A stretch of DNA of 64,000 nt from an uncultured Lachnospiraceae bacterium (GCA_910578335.1 CAJTPU010000005.1:68595-132594), one strand, 5' to 3'; shown: positions 42,850-53,304, counted from the stretch's first letter. The notes: generated by a model not told the origin, from the letters alone. A program made the numbers and translations.

Positions 42850-44248
42850 TTTTTTCTGTTCCTTTCTGCCAGTCTTCTTTTAAATATGCTTTATGTAAAC
42901 GGATGACTTCCCGCATTGCCTCCGGTCCCGGCGCACCAAGCGTAAGCCGCTTTTCTACGCAGGTCTTCAGGCTGACGGCATCGTAAATATCTGGCTCAAA
43001 CTTGTCGCTGACAGCCTTCAGTTCTTCCATGCTGAGCGCGTCGATTCCAACGCCTTTATCAATACAGTAAAGCACCAGCCTGCCGATAATGCCATGTGCA
43101 TCCCTGAAGGGAACGCCCTTGTTTACCAGATAGTCGGCTGCATCCGTAGCATTCGTAAAGCCGTTTACCGCGCTTTTTTCCATCGCTTCTTTGTTAAACT
43201 TCATCGTAGAAAGCATCTGTGTAAAAAGCGAAGTACAGACTTCCGCCGTATGCATCGCATCAAAGCTAAGCTCCTTATCCTCCTGCATATCCTTGTTATA
43301 AGCAAGCGGAAGCCCCTTCATGGTAGTAAGCAGCGACATAAGCGCGCCGTACACCCTTCCGGTTTTGCCTCTGATAAGCTCTGCAATATCAGGATTTTTC
43401 TTTTGCGGCATAATACTGCTTCCTGTAGAATAAGCATCGTCTATCTCTACAAAATGATATTCATTGGAATTCCATATGATAATTTCTTCACAAAGTCGGG
43501 AAAAATGCATCATCAGAATAGAAAGAGCCGCCAAATACTCTATCAAATAATCCCTGTCGGATACACAATCCATGCTGTTTAAACCGGGACCTTCAAAGCC
43601 AAGCAGGGAAGCCGTGTAATTTCTGTCCAGCGGATACGTAGTCCCTGCAAGCGCGCCTGCACCCAGCGGACAGTAATTCATGCGAAAATAGATATCCTTC
43701 AGCCGCTGTCTGTCCCTCTTAAACATTTCAAAATATGCGCCAAGATGATGCGCTAACGTGACCGGCTGCGCTTTCTGCAAGTGCGTAAAGCCCGGCATAT
43801 AGGTCTCCACATTTTCTTCCATTATAAGAAGAAGCGCCGCGAGAAGCTCTTTTAACAGACCATCCATCTCAAGCACATGCTTCCTTGTATACAGACGCAT
43901 GTCAAGCGCCACCTGGTCATTACGGCTCCGCCCCGTATGCAGCTTTTTGCCGGCTTCGCCAATCCGCTCCGTCAGTACTGCCTCCACGAAGCTGTGAATA
44001 TCCTCCTGCCGCTCGTCAATCGCAAGCCTGCCGCTCTCCACATCTTCCCTAATGCCCGCAAGCCCTTTTACAATGGCATCCTTTTCCTCTACAGTCAGAA
44101 TCCCCTGTTTGCCGAGCATCACTGCATGGGCGATGCTTCCTTCAATATCCTGTCCAAACAAATTTTTATCAAAACGGATGGACGCATTAAAGGCAAAAAC
44201 CTTATCATCCGTCTCTTTTGTAAAGCGTCCGCCCCATAGCTGCGCCAT
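42842..44248 (-). CDS. argH: Argininosuccinate lyase
   Basis: N-terminus MAQLWGGRFTKETD. GSSIMPQKKNPD signature. Confidence 0.9.
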   Translation of the reverse strand: MAQLWGGRFTKETDDKVFAFNASIRFDKNLFGQDIEGSIAHAVMLGKQGILTVEEKDAIVKGLAGIREDVESGRLAIDERQEDIHSFVEAVLTERIGEAGKKLHTGRSRNDQVALDMRLYTRKHVLEMDGLLKELLAALLLIMEENVETYMPGFTHLQKAQPVTLAHHLGAYFEMFKRDRQRLKDIYFRMNYCPLGAGALAGTTYPLDRNYTASLLGFEGPGLNSMDCVSDRDYLIEYLAALSILMMHFSRLCEEIIIWNSNEYHFVEIDDAYSTGSSIMPQKKNPDIAELIRGKTGRVYGALMSLLTTMKGLPLAYNKDMQEDKELSFDAMHTAEVCTSLFTQMLSTMKFNKEAMEKSAVNGFTNATDAADYLVNKGVPFRDAHGIIGRLVLYCIDKGVGIDALSMEELKAVSDKFEPDIYDAVSLKTCVEKRLTLGAPGPEAMREVIRLHKAYLKEDWQKGTEKNE

Positions 44249-44388
44249 AGTACTCCTCCATTATAAAGTAAAATCTAACCATGATAGTAGCATAAATTTT
44301 GCTTTAATGCAATACAGTGCAACAAATCTTTACACCAATCTTCTTCTTTTTCATAGAATAACAGTAAAAGGAAAAAAGGAAATGTATT

Positions 44389-45162
44389 ATGCCGGAACCT
44401 CTGCTGCAATTAAAAGATATCTGTTATTCCTACCACAGCCTTCAGATGGAAACTCCGGCACTTTCCCACGTATCCTTTCATATCGATACGGGAGAGTTTG
44501 TTGCCATCGTAGGACCAAGCGGCTGCGGAAAATCAACCCTGCTTTCCATTATTGCAGGCTTGCTTTTACCCGAAGAGGGAACCATTGTTTTTCATAATCC
44601 CGACGGCTCCCTCCACTATCCGAAAATTGGCTACATGCTGCAAAGAGACCATCTTCTCGAATGGCGTACCGTATATCAGAACGCCATCCTCGGGCTGGAA
44701 ATAAACAAGATGCTGACACAGAAAAATACTGACCGGGTGCTGCAGTTAATGAAAGACTACGACTTGTATAAATTCAAGGATAAAAAACCCAGCGAATTAT
44801 CCGGCGGTATGAAGCAGCGCGCAGCACTAATACGGACGCTTGCCTTAGACCCCGGTCTTCTGCTTTTAGACGAACCCTTCAGCGCGCTGGATTACCAGAC
44901 CCGCCTTACGGTTTCCTCCGATATTTGCCGGATTATCCGGAAAACAGGGAAGACCGCACTATTGATTACCCATGACTTGTCGGAAGCAATCAGCCTGGCT
45001 GACAGGATTATCATACTAAGCCGTCGTCCCGCTACGGTAAAATTTGAAGTTCCCATCGAGCTTTCCCTGCCTGACGATTCCCCGTTAGCCTCCAGAAACG
45101 CTCCGGAATTCCAATATTATTTCAATCTTCTATGGGAGGCGCTGTCCGATGAAAAAATATAA
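44389..45162 (+). CDS. ABC transporter ATP-binding protein (NitT/TauT-like)
   Basis: Walker A GPSGCGKST, signature LSGGMKQR, Walker B LLLLDEP. Confidence 0.85.
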   Translation: MPEPLLQLKDICYSYHSLQMETPALSHVSFHIDTGEFVAIVGPSGCGKSTLLSIIAGLLLPEEGTIVFHNPDGSLHYPKIGYMLQRDHLLEWRTVYQNAILGLEINKMLTQKNTDRVLQLMKDYDLYKFKDKKPSELSGGMKQRAALIRTLALDPGLLLLDEPFSALDYQTRLTVSSDICRIIRKTGKTALLITHDLSEAISLADRIIILSRRPATVKFEVPIELSLPDDSPLASRNAPEFQYYFNLLWEALSDEKI

Positions 45163-45967
45163 CAATGCCCCCGCAAAGGAACTGACGCGGCAGGAAGCCT
45201 TTGTCAGGGCGCACAAACATTACCACAACAAGATATCCCTCTGCCGCACTCTGATTTTTATCCTGTTTTTAGCCCTGTGGGAAACTGCCGCGGATTTAGG
45301 CTGGATAGATACCTTTTTTTTCTCCAGCCCTTCCAGAGTGCTCCTCTGCTTCTTTGAACTGGTAACAGGCAAAAACCTGTTCCTGCATATTGGCATCACG
45401 CTTGCTGAAACACTGATAAGCTTCTTTTTGGTTATCCTTATCGGCATGGCGGCGGCAACTCTGCTCTGGTATTCCTCCGGCATTTCGGAAGTCATGGAAC
45501 CATACCTTGTCATCTTAAACAGCCTGCCAAAGTCCGCGCTTGCGCCTCTTTTTATTGTATGGCTCGGCACCGGCACTCCCACGATTATCGTAGCCGGCGC
45601 TTCCGTTGCCATCTTTGGTTCCATTATCAGCCTCTATACCGGCTTCAGGCAGGTGGACAGCGAAAAAATCACCTTGATTTATACGCTGGGCGGCAGTAAA
45701 TGGAATGCTTTTTTTAAAGTTGTCCTGCCCGGCAGTATTCCTACCATTTTGAGCACAATGAAAGTAAATATCGGTCTTGCTCTCGTAGGCGTCATCATCG
45801 GCGAATTTCTCGCCGCACGAAGAGGGCTCGGATACCTGATTATCTACGGCTCACAGGTTTTCCAGATGCATATGGTGATTACCTCCATTATCCTTCTCTG
45901 TATCATTGCCATGGGACTCTATCAGATTATACAGTGGGTAGAGCATTACTATAAAAAAAGAATGTAA
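45149..45967 (+). CDS. ABC transporter permease
   Basis: Multi-TM protein overlapping the ATPase gene stop. Confidence 0.8.
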   Translation: MKKYNNAPAKELTRQEAFVRAHKHYHNKISLCRTLIFILFLALWETAADLGWIDTFFFSSPSRVLLCFFELVTGKNLFLHIGITLAETLISFFLVILIGMAAATLLWYSSGISEVMEPYLVILNSLPKSALAPLFIVWLGTGTPTIIVAGASVAIFGSIISLYTGFRQVDSEKITLIYTLGGSKWNAFFKVVLPGSIPTILSTMKVNIGLALVGVIIGEFLAARRGLGYLIIYGSQVFQMHMVITSIILLCIIAMGLYQIIQWVEHYYKKRM

Positions 45968-45989
45968 AAACGGCGCAGTTTCCTATAAA

Positions 45990-46023
45990 GAAAAAAACCG
46001 GACTCATAAATATATGAGCCCGG
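45990..46023 (-). terminator. Intrinsic terminator after the 804-aa gene
   Basis: On the - strand: CCGGGCTCAT...ATGAGTCCGG followed by T7. Confidence 0.6.
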
Positions 46024-46038
46024 CTACATAATCACAAA

Positions 46039-48453
46039 TTAGTTTGCCCATCCCTGCCATTCTACCCAGCCGTCGTCATAGGTAAAATGTTCAAGAGACA
46101 ATCCTCTTATTTCTCCCCACTGGTCCAGGTTGACCGCAAATACCACTACCTCTTCATAGTCATCCAGATTGGCATCGCAGAACCACGTATCCTGCACTTC
46201 ATAATCCCGCAGGGCTCTCCACTCACCGTTTTCCTTGCAGAAGCCAACATCCAGCCATGCATTGTTATAAGTGCCATCATACATATCGGAAGGGTCCTGT
46301 CCCGTATATTCGGCAAAGCTGGTATATTCGTTGTTTTCACCGCGGTACAGTTCCCACGCTGCATAACCCGGCTCTACAAAATACAGGTTCTTGTAATCCT
46401 CCAGCATCATACCAAGCGCCAGACCTCTGTTGGTAGCGTAAATATTCTCCGTCGTCTCACGTTCCTTATCCGCATAAGAAATAATCTGGCTGCCGTCCGC
46501 ATATACGATAAAGGAATGATTCAGGGAAACCTCTATACTGTCGCTGTCACAATAAAACATCAGGTCCGCATCCGTAAATTCCTCTCTATTGCCGTCATAC
46601 TCCGGAACGGTATAGTCTCCGCTTCCATCGCCATTATCACCATTTCCGCTTTCCGTTCCATCGTTCCATGACTGCCATTCTACCCAGACTTCATTATAGG
46701 AAAAATACTCGCAGGAAATACCGACAACCTCTCCCCATGTATTAAAATTAACGGCAAACACAATCACTTCTTCATAGTCGGACAAAGGTGCATCGCAGAA
46801 CCAGGTATCTCTGATTTCAACGTCTGTCAAGGCTCTCCACTCACCATTTTCCTTGCTAAAACCGATATCCAGCCATACATTGTTGTAATTTTCGTACATG
46901 GTTGCAGGGGACTGTCCTTCATACACTGCAAAGGTAGTATACTCATTGTTGTCACCACTGTACAATTCCCATGCGGAATAGCCGGGCTCCACTGTGTAGA
47001 GAGACAAATAATCCTCCAGAGAATCTCCAAGCTTTAATCCCCTGCTTGTCTCCAGCGCCCCATATTCTTCATAAGAACCGTCCACATAGGCGCTGCAGTA
47101 GCTGACACCTGACGAACGCACGATAAGCGCATGGTCACGTGTAACCGTAACCTCTTCGGAGTCATTATGGAACACCAAATCCGCATCCGAAAATCCTTCG
47201 TTATCCGCCGCGTTTAGCGCCTCCAATGCTTCCTCATATTCGCTGATTGCTTTTTTGATAGTCTTGCTCTTTGCATGGTCGTCAGCACCCTGCAGAATGG
47301 AAATGGCTTCTTCATAATTTCCATCCCTTGCATAGCGCTCAGCCCATTCAATATAGACTTTCGTCAGTCCGTCGATGGCTTCACTGTTCTCCGGATTTTT
47401 TTCCAATATTTCCAGATATGCATCGATTGCTTCCTCATAAGAACCGTCCGCCCTGAAATTGGCAGCTGTCTCAAGCTGATTCTGCAGCTTCTTTTCCTGT
47501 GAGCCTTTGTTGATAAACAGAAACGCAAGGGCTCCAATACCAATTACAAGCAGCGCAACGATAATGCCCACAACCACCTTCACGGCACCATTGCCTTTTT
47601 TCTGTGCCGGCTGTGCCGGAGGCACTGCAGCATAAGGCACAGGCGGTATCTGTCCACCCTGCATAGGCATCTGTCCCATCGGCGGCATCTGTCCGCCCTG
47701 CATAGGCGCCCGCCCCATGGGCGGTATCTGTCCGCCCTGCATAGAAGCCTGTCCCATCATAGGCGGTATCTGCCCGCCCTGCATAGGCGCTTGTCCCGCA
47801 GGCGGCATCTGTCCGCCCTGCATAGGCATCTGTCCCATAGGCGGCATCTGTCCGCCCTGCATGGGTGCCTGTCCCATGGGCGGTATCTGCCCGCCCTGCA
47901 CAGGCGCTTGTCCCGCAGGCGGTATCTGTCCGCCCTGCATGGGTGCCTGTCCCGCAGGCGGCATCTGTCCGCCCTGCGCAGGTGCCTGTCCCATAGGCGG
48001 CATCTGTCCCGTCTGCACGGGGGGTACGTTCTCCGCCGTCTGCTTAGGCTGTCCTCCCATCCACGACTGCTCCACAATCACAGGCTGATTTGCCATCCAA
48101 GGCTGCTCTGGTGCAGGCGGCTCCGCAGAAATCGGCTGCTCTGCAGTCACAGGCTGTTCTGTAACAATAGGCTGCTCTGTAGCCATGGGCTGCTCTGCGG
48201 CAATAGGCTGCTCTGGTGCAATGGGCTGCTCTGCGGCAACAGGCTGCTCCGCTGGTGCAGGCTGTTCTGCAGTCACAGGCTGCTCTGCGGTGACAGGCTG
48301 TTCTGCCATCCCGGACACAGCGCCTTGTTCGGCAGACGTGGATTCTACAGGCGTTTCCTGATTGACCGGCTCAGGCTGTTCCATCATTGCACCGCAATGA
48401 ATGCAGAATTTCACTCCCTCCGCGTTTTCTCTTCCACACTTTTTACAATACAT
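46039..48453 (-). CDS. Zinc-ribbon, repeat-rich single-pass membrane protein with a duplicated C-terminal domain
   Basis: N-terminus CKKCG...CIHCG. (A/T)EQP(V/I)x hexapeptide repeats. PPxGQxPxQGGQx 13-aa repeats. TM helix VVVGIIVALLVIGIGALAFLFI. Two modules of about 190 aa with high mutual identity. Confidence 0.75.
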   Translation of the reverse strand: MYCKKCGRENAEGVKFCIHCGAMMEQPEPVNQETPVESTSAEQGAVSGMAEQPVTAEQPVTAEQPAPAEQPVAAEQPIAPEQPIAAEQPMATEQPIVTEQPVTAEQPISAEPPAPEQPWMANQPVIVEQSWMGGQPKQTAENVPPVQTGQMPPMGQAPAQGGQMPPAGQAPMQGGQIPPAGQAPVQGGQIPPMGQAPMQGGQMPPMGQMPMQGGQMPPAGQAPMQGGQIPPMMGQASMQGGQIPPMGRAPMQGGQMPPMGQMPMQGGQIPPVPYAAVPPAQPAQKKGNGAVKVVVGIIVALLVIGIGALAFLFINKGSQEKKLQNQLETAANFRADGSYEEAIDAYLEILEKNPENSEAIDGLTKVYIEWAERYARDGNYEEAISILQGADDHAKSKTIKKAISEYEEALEALNAADNEGFSDADLVFHNDSEEVTVTRDHALIVRSSGVSYCSAYVDGSYEEYGALETSRGLKLGDSLEDYLSLYTVEPGYSAWELYSGDNNEYTTFAVYEGQSPATMYENYNNVWLDIGFSKENGEWRALTDVEIRDTWFCDAPLSDYEEVIVFAVNFNTWGEVVGISCEYFSYNEVWVEWQSWNDGTESGNGDNGDGSGDYTVPEYDGNREEFTDADLMFYCDSDSIEVSLNHSFIVYADGSQIISYADKERETTENIYATNRGLALGMMLEDYKNLYFVEPGYAAWELYRGENNEYTSFAEYTGQDPSDMYDGTYNNAWLDVGFCKENGEWRALRDYEVQDTWFCDANLDDYEEVVVFAVNLDQWGEIRGLSLEHFTYDDGWVEWQGWAN
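47640..48030 (-). repeat. About 10 tandem 39-bp coding repeats (PPxGQxPxQGGQx)
   Basis: Read directly from the DNA and the translation. Confidence 0.85.
48100..48310 (-). repeat. About 11 tandem 18-bp coding repeats (AEQPVx)
   Basis: Read directly from the DNA and the translation. Confidence 0.85.
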
Positions 48454-48518
48454 TCTTTTCCCTCCTATCCAAATTTTCTTATTCGGCTTAAATATACCAT
48501 GTACAGCCAGCGTATATT

Positions 48519-48554
48519 AAAAAAACCCGAAACACCGCGCTTACGGTTTTCGGG
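48519..48554 (-). terminator. Terminator downstream of tRNA-Thr
   Basis: CCCGAAA.../...TTTCGGG hairpin followed by a U-run on the - strand. Confidence 0.5.
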
Positions 48555-48566
48555 GAAATAAGAAAG

Positions 48567-48639
48567 AGCTGAAAAAGGGACTTGAACCCTCGACCCCTTC
48601 ATTACGAGTGAAGTGCTCTACCAACTGAGCTATTTCAGC
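48567..48639 (-). tRNA. tRNA-Thr (anticodon CGU)
   Basis: Hand-folded cloverleaf: acceptor GCTGAAA/TTTCAGC, D-arm GCTCAGTTGGTAGAGC, anticodon stem CTTCA/TGAAG with loop CTCGTAA, T-arm GAGGG TTCAAGT CCCTT. No encoded CCA. Confidence 0.85.
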
Positions 48640-48669
48640 ACGTGACTAACATCAGCCACAACATTTATT

Positions 48670-48698
48670 ATTATAATCGGTAACCCCCGAAAATGCAA
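48670..48698 (-). promoter_or_regulatory. Promoter of tRNA-Thr
   Basis: On the - strand: TTGCAT, 17 nt, TATAAT. About 30 nt upstream of the tRNA 5' end. Confidence 0.55.
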
Positions 48699-48716
48699 CT
48701 ATATTTTTTAAAATAT

Positions 48717-49529
48717 TCAAGAAAGCTTCTGATGAACATCCAACTGCGGAAAAGGAATCACAATTCCCGCCGCATCGAGCGCATATTTCGTCTCCTCAGT
48801 CAGTCTCCATTTGGTCTCCCAGTAATCCTCTTTGTTCACCCAACAGCGGATACCCAGCCTGATACAGGATTCGGCAAGCTCGTCCACAAACACTCGCAGC
48901 TCTTTATCCTTCAACGCAGCCTCGTCCGCCTTCAGCATGGCAACAAGCACCTCTCTCGCCTGCTTTATGGAGGAATCATAGGCAATTCCCACATAAATAT
49001 CCAGCCTCCTGACTGCAGCCTCCGTTACATTCGTCATACTGGTATTTGCCAGCGTGCCGTTTGGCAGTACGATAATGCGGTTGTCCGGCGTGGCAAGCTT
49101 TGTATAAAAAAGCTGTATTTCTACGACCGTCCCTTCATTTCCATTGCTGTCTTCTTTAATGTAATCTCCCACCTTGAAAGGCTTTAGCAAAAGAATCAGC
49201 ACGCCTCCCGCAAAATTGGAGAGACTTCCCTGAATGGCAAGCCCCACCGCCACACCGGCTGAGCCCAGCAATGCCACAATACTGGCTGCATCCACGCCAA
49301 AACCCGATGCTATCGTAAAAATCAAAACCACATACAGAACTGCCTTTAGCAGGGAATCCAGAAACTGAATCACGCCCACATCCGCTTTTGCACGCTGTAG
49401 CGACTTTTTGAAAAAGCGGCGGAAAAGCTTGATAACCTGTATGCCGATGAAAAACACCACTGCCGACAAAAGAATCCTGATTCCCAGATTCAATGCCTTT
49501 TCCGGCAGCCCTTGCAGAAATTCTTCCAT
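48717..49529 (-). CDS. Small-conductance mechanosensitive channel (MscS family)
   Basis: 270 aa. Three N-terminal TM helices followed by a beta-domain pattern (PFKVGDYI...GTVVEIQLFYTKL). Confidence 0.75.
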   Translation of the reverse strand: MEEFLQGLPEKALNLGIRILLSAVVFFIGIQVIKLFRRFFKKSLQRAKADVGVIQFLDSLLKAVLYVVLIFTIASGFGVDAASIVALLGSAGVAVGLAIQGSLSNFAGGVLILLLKPFKVGDYIKEDSNGNEGTVVEIQLFYTKLATPDNRIIVLPNGTLANTSMTNVTEAAVRRLDIYVGIAYDSSIKQAREVLVAMLKADEAALKDKELRVFVDELAESCIRLGIRCWVNKEDYWETKWRLTEETKYALDAAGIVIPFPQLDVHQKLS

Positions 49530-49556
49530 AATGACTCCTCTGCCGCTTATCTCAGC

Positions 49557-51842
49557 TTATGCCTTCGCTGTTTTCTTCTTTTTTGCGCCCTGTTTTGCCG
49601 AAGCCCCCTCTTTCCCGTCCGGTTTCTTCTTTGTCTCGTTGGCGGTCTCCGGTATATAAGATAATATGCTCACTGACAAAGGCGCCAGATTGATGTTGAT
49701 GGAATAAGGTTTGTCGTCCCATTCCTTTGCAGCAGCTTTTTTGACACGGCTGTTTACCACGCCTGTTCCGCCAAATTTTACGGCATCTGTATTCAGGATT
49801 TCTTTGTAGCTGCCGGCATAAGGCACACCAACCTGCAGCTTCATTGCCGCTCCGGAAAAATTCGCGGCAACCAAAAGCGCATTCTCGCGTTTCCTGCCTT
49901 TGCGCAGGAAGGTCAGATAGCATTCATTGGCGGCGATACAGTTGAGCCACTCAAACCCTTCAGGGCGGTTATCCAACTCATACAACGCCGGCTGCGCCCT
50001 GTAAAGGTGGTTCAATTCTTTTACAAGCGCTCTGACACCTTTATGTGCCGGATATTGCAGCAGCTCCCATTCCACCTGTCTGTTTTCGTTCCACTCGTCA
50101 AATTCCGCTATGTCCTGTCCCATAAACAATAGTTTTTTGCCCGGGTGCATCATCATATACGCATAGCTTAAGCGCAGTCCCGCAAATTTTTGTTCCGTCT
50201 CACCCGGCATTTTACCAATCATGGAAGCCTTGCCATGCACCACCTCGTCATGAGAAAACACCAGCATAAAGTTTTCACTGTAGGTATAAATCATGCTAAA
50301 AGTCAATTCACTGTGATGATGGCTTCTAAAATAAGGGTCAAAACGGATATAGCGCAGATAGTCGTTCATCCAGCCCATATTCCATTTCACATCAAAACCA
50401 AGCCCGCCTTTATCCAAATCTCCGGTAATCATGGGCCACGCCGTACTCTCCTCCGCGATGCTCAGCACGCCCGGATTCCGCTTCTTTAAAATGGAATTCA
50501 CATGCTTGATAAACTCAATCGCCTCCAGATTCTCATTGCCGCCGTAAATGTTGGCTATCCACTCCCCGTCATTTTTTCCATAATCCAGATAAAGCATGGA
50601 AGCCACTGCATCCATACGAAGCCCGTCCGCATGGAATTTTTCCACCCAGAACAAAGCATTGGCAATCAGATAGTTCTTTACCTCCGCACGCCCATAATTG
50701 TAAATCAGCGTGCCCCAGTGGGGATGCGCGCCCTGCCTCGGGTCAAAATGCTCGTACAGACAAGTACCATCAAAATTGGACAGACCGTAAGTATCTCTTG
50801 GAAAATGTGCAGGCACCCAGTCCAAAATCACGCCAATTCCCGCTTTGTGCAGTTCATTGACAAAATACATAAAGTCCGCAGGACTGCCATACCGCGCCGT
50901 AGGCGCATAGTACCCGATAACCTGATACCCCCATGAACCGTCAAAGGGATGCTCCATCACAGGCATAAGCTCCACATGGGTGTAGCCCATATCTTTTACA
51001 TACGCAATCACCTTTGGGGCAATTTCTCTGTAGTTGGCATATTCTCTGCCCTCGGACGGCTCCATAAAGCTGCCCAGGTAAAGCTCATAAACACTCATGG
51101 GCGCATCGGGCTTCTGACAGCTCTTTCTCGCTTTTATCCACCCTTCGTCCTCCCATGTAAACGCCCGCAAATCCGCAACCACGGAAGCCGTTTCCGGTCT
51201 TAGCTGCGCAGCGTTGCCGTACGGGTCCGCTTTTAAGTAAGTGAGCCCGCCCTTCAGTTTTAGCTCATATTTATAGTTATCTCCTATCTTTGCATCCGGA
51301 ATAAAAATTTCAAAAATGCCGGAGGGAAGCCTTCGCATCTGATGCATTCTTCCGTCCCAGTGATTAAAATCGCCCACCGTGCTGACCCTGACTGCACCGG
51401 GCGCCCAAACCGCAAAATATACTCCCTCCTCTCCGGAAAGCGTCATGGGATGTGCGCCCAGCTTTTCATAGATAGTATAATGCACGCCATGGGCAAATGC
51501 TTCTTCGTCCTCCGGCGTAATCAACGGCTTGTGCCGGTATGCATCCTGCCGGATTTCTACATTGCCGTCAGGCATGGTAACGATGTAGCGGTATCCGCCC
51601 GTCTTTTTGCCGGACAAAAGCAAGGCAAAAAAACCGTCCTCGTCCGCCATTTCCATGTCCTTCTCCGTCATATTTTCAACAAACTGTATCTGCACCTTCT
51701 GCGCCCCCGGAAAAAATGCCTGAAACAGGGTATTGTTCCCTACCGTGTGCGGTCCTAACAGGGCGTGTGGATTTGAGGCTTCTGAATATATAATTTCTTC
51801 AATCGCCGGCCAGTTCATCAACTTGTATAATTTGTTTGTCAT
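49557..51842 (-). CDS. glgB: 1,4-alpha-glucan branching enzyme with a Lys-rich C-terminal tail
   Basis: GH13 motifs GVILDWVPAHF, GLRMDAVASM and SHDEVVHGK. 761 aa. Confidence 0.9.
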   Translation of the reverse strand: MTNKLYKLMNWPAIEEIIYSEASNPHALLGPHTVGNNTLFQAFFPGAQKVQIQFVENMTEKDMEMADEDGFFALLLSGKKTGGYRYIVTMPDGNVEIRQDAYRHKPLITPEDEEAFAHGVHYTIYEKLGAHPMTLSGEEGVYFAVWAPGAVRVSTVGDFNHWDGRMHQMRRLPSGIFEIFIPDAKIGDNYKYELKLKGGLTYLKADPYGNAAQLRPETASVVADLRAFTWEDEGWIKARKSCQKPDAPMSVYELYLGSFMEPSEGREYANYREIAPKVIAYVKDMGYTHVELMPVMEHPFDGSWGYQVIGYYAPTARYGSPADFMYFVNELHKAGIGVILDWVPAHFPRDTYGLSNFDGTCLYEHFDPRQGAHPHWGTLIYNYGRAEVKNYLIANALFWVEKFHADGLRMDAVASMLYLDYGKNDGEWIANIYGGNENLEAIEFIKHVNSILKKRNPGVLSIAEESTAWPMITGDLDKGGLGFDVKWNMGWMNDYLRYIRFDPYFRSHHHSELTFSMIYTYSENFMLVFSHDEVVHGKASMIGKMPGETEQKFAGLRLSYAYMMMHPGKKLLFMGQDIAEFDEWNENRQVEWELLQYPAHKGVRALVKELNHLYRAQPALYELDNRPEGFEWLNCIAANECYLTFLRKGRKRENALLVAANFSGAAMKLQVGVPYAGSYKEILNTDAVKFGGTGVVNSRVKKAAAKEWDDKPYSININLAPLSVSILSYIPETANETKKKPDGKEGASAKQGAKKKKTAKA

Positions 51843-51912
51843 TTTTATACCTCTTTGCGTGCTTCGGCACGAACATCAATCTATATTTGAAAGTTTATTT
51901 TCTAACCGCTTC

Positions 51913-53172
51913 CTACTGCTGCATTTCTGCAATCTGCTTCAGACTGTGGATAAACAGTCCGCTCCTTAGTTTGGGCTCAAACCATGTGGATTTCGGCGGC
52001 ATCAGCAATCCGGCATCCGCCACGGCAAACAGTTCTTCAATGGAGGTCGGATACAGGGAAAATGCCACCGCCATATCTGTATGCACTCTCTTTTCCAGCT
52101 CCTCCAGCCCCCGAATGCCTCCCACAAAGTCTATTCTTTTATCCGTTTTCGGGTCGCTTATCCCCAGTATAGGAGCCAGCACACAATCCTGCAGCACGGA
52201 CACATCCAGATTTTTTACCACATCTGCACTTCTTACACTTTCTTTTGCCGTAAGCAAATACCATTTTTCTGCAAGGTACATGCCTATCTGCCCTTTTTTC
52301 CCCGGTCTGACAGGAGCGCAGCCTTTTTCTTCCACGTCAAAGCACGCCGAAAGCTTTTCCAGAAACTGCTCCTTTGTAAGTCCGTTCAGGTCTTTTACCA
52401 CCCTGTTATAATCCATAATCATCAGCTCGCTGTCCGAAAACAGCACGGAAAGAAAATAATTGAATTCCTCCTTCCCCGTGTATTCGGGATATTCTGCCCT
52501 GCGCTTCAATCCTACCTTTACGGCAGAAGCGCACCTGTGATGCCCATCCGCAATATAAATCTGCTGCATATCCCGAAATGCCGCCTCTATTTTTTCTATG
52601 TCCTTTTCCCGGTCGATGCGAAACACCCTGTGGCGGATTGCATCCTCCGAGACAAAATCATACAGTGGCGTACCCTTTTTATATGCTTCCACAATCTCGC
52701 CCAGCTCTTCCTTTTTGCGGTAAGCTAAAAAAATAGGTCCCGTCTGCGCATCCAGCACGTCCACATGCCGGATACGGTCTTTCTCTTTTTCCGCTCTGGT
52801 ATTTTCATGCTTTTTAATCACATTTTCCATATAATCGTCTATGGAAGCACAGCCGACAATTCCTGTCTGGCTCCTGCCGTCCATCACGAGTTCGTACAAG
52901 TAAAAGCAGGGCTTTTCTTCTGTAATAAACTCTCCTTCTGCCATCTGCCCGTAAAACAGCTCCTTCGCTTTCTGGTATACACGCTCGTCATACGTGTCCA
53001 CATCATCGGAAAGCTGCGTTTCTGCGCGGTCTATCCGCAAAAAAGAATGAGGAGCCTCCGCCACCGCCGCCTTCGCTTCCTTACGGCTGTACACATCATA
53101 CGGAAGCGCCGCTATACTGCTTTCCAAGCCTTTTACCGGTCTGATGGCACGAAAGGGTCTGATATCCGCCAT
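51913..53172 (-). CDS. DUF1015-family protein
   Basis: N-terminus MADIRPFRAIRP and IADGHHR. The ATG 53172 start is preferred. Confidence 0.7.
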   Translation of the reverse strand: MADIRPFRAIRPVKGLESSIAALPYDVYSRKEAKAAVAEAPHSFLRIDRAETQLSDDVDTYDERVYQKAKELFYGQMAEGEFITEEKPCFYLYELVMDGRSQTGIVGCASIDDYMENVIKKHENTRAEKEKDRIRHVDVLDAQTGPIFLAYRKKEELGEIVEAYKKGTPLYDFVSEDAIRHRVFRIDREKDIEKIEAAFRDMQQIYIADGHHRCASAVKVGLKRRAEYPEYTGKEEFNYFLSVLFSDSELMIMDYNRVVKDLNGLTKEQFLEKLSACFDVEEKGCAPVRPGKKGQIGMYLAEKWYLLTAKESVRSADVVKNLDVSVLQDCVLAPILGISDPKTDKRIDFVGGIRGLEELEKRVHTDMAVAFSLYPTSIEELFAVADAGLLMPPKSTWFEPKLRSGLFIHSLKQIAEMQQ

Positions 53173-53304
53173 ACCACATTTCCTCTTTTCCTGTGATTTT
53201 ACTTTCATTTTAACAAAAATTGCTATACATCACAAGCAAATGGTGATAAAATATCGAAGAATCTGATATTTTTGGTGGCAATAACTGAGGAAAGGAGTGG
53301 TATT

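Noticed and set aside
47640-48310. Regular tandem DNA repeats that at first glance resemble an array (CRISPR-like periodicity).
   Set aside because: The units are contiguous with no spacers. They are 39 bp and 18 bp (multiples of 3) and translate in frame into PPxGQxPxQGGQx and AEQPVx repeats of the 804-aa protein.
47717-48561. 123-aa and 256-aa + strand ORFs, plus a 106-aa - strand off-frame ORF, all with Cys/Arg/Leu repeats.
   Set aside because: They are translations of the tandem repeat DNA, antisense or off-frame to the real gene, and show no independent signals.
48567-48639. tRNA-Thr as the prophage attachment site.
   Set aside because: It lies 13 kb from the prophage end, with a dozen or so housekeeping genes in between. 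The integrase-proximal junction is at 35.05-35.2 kb.
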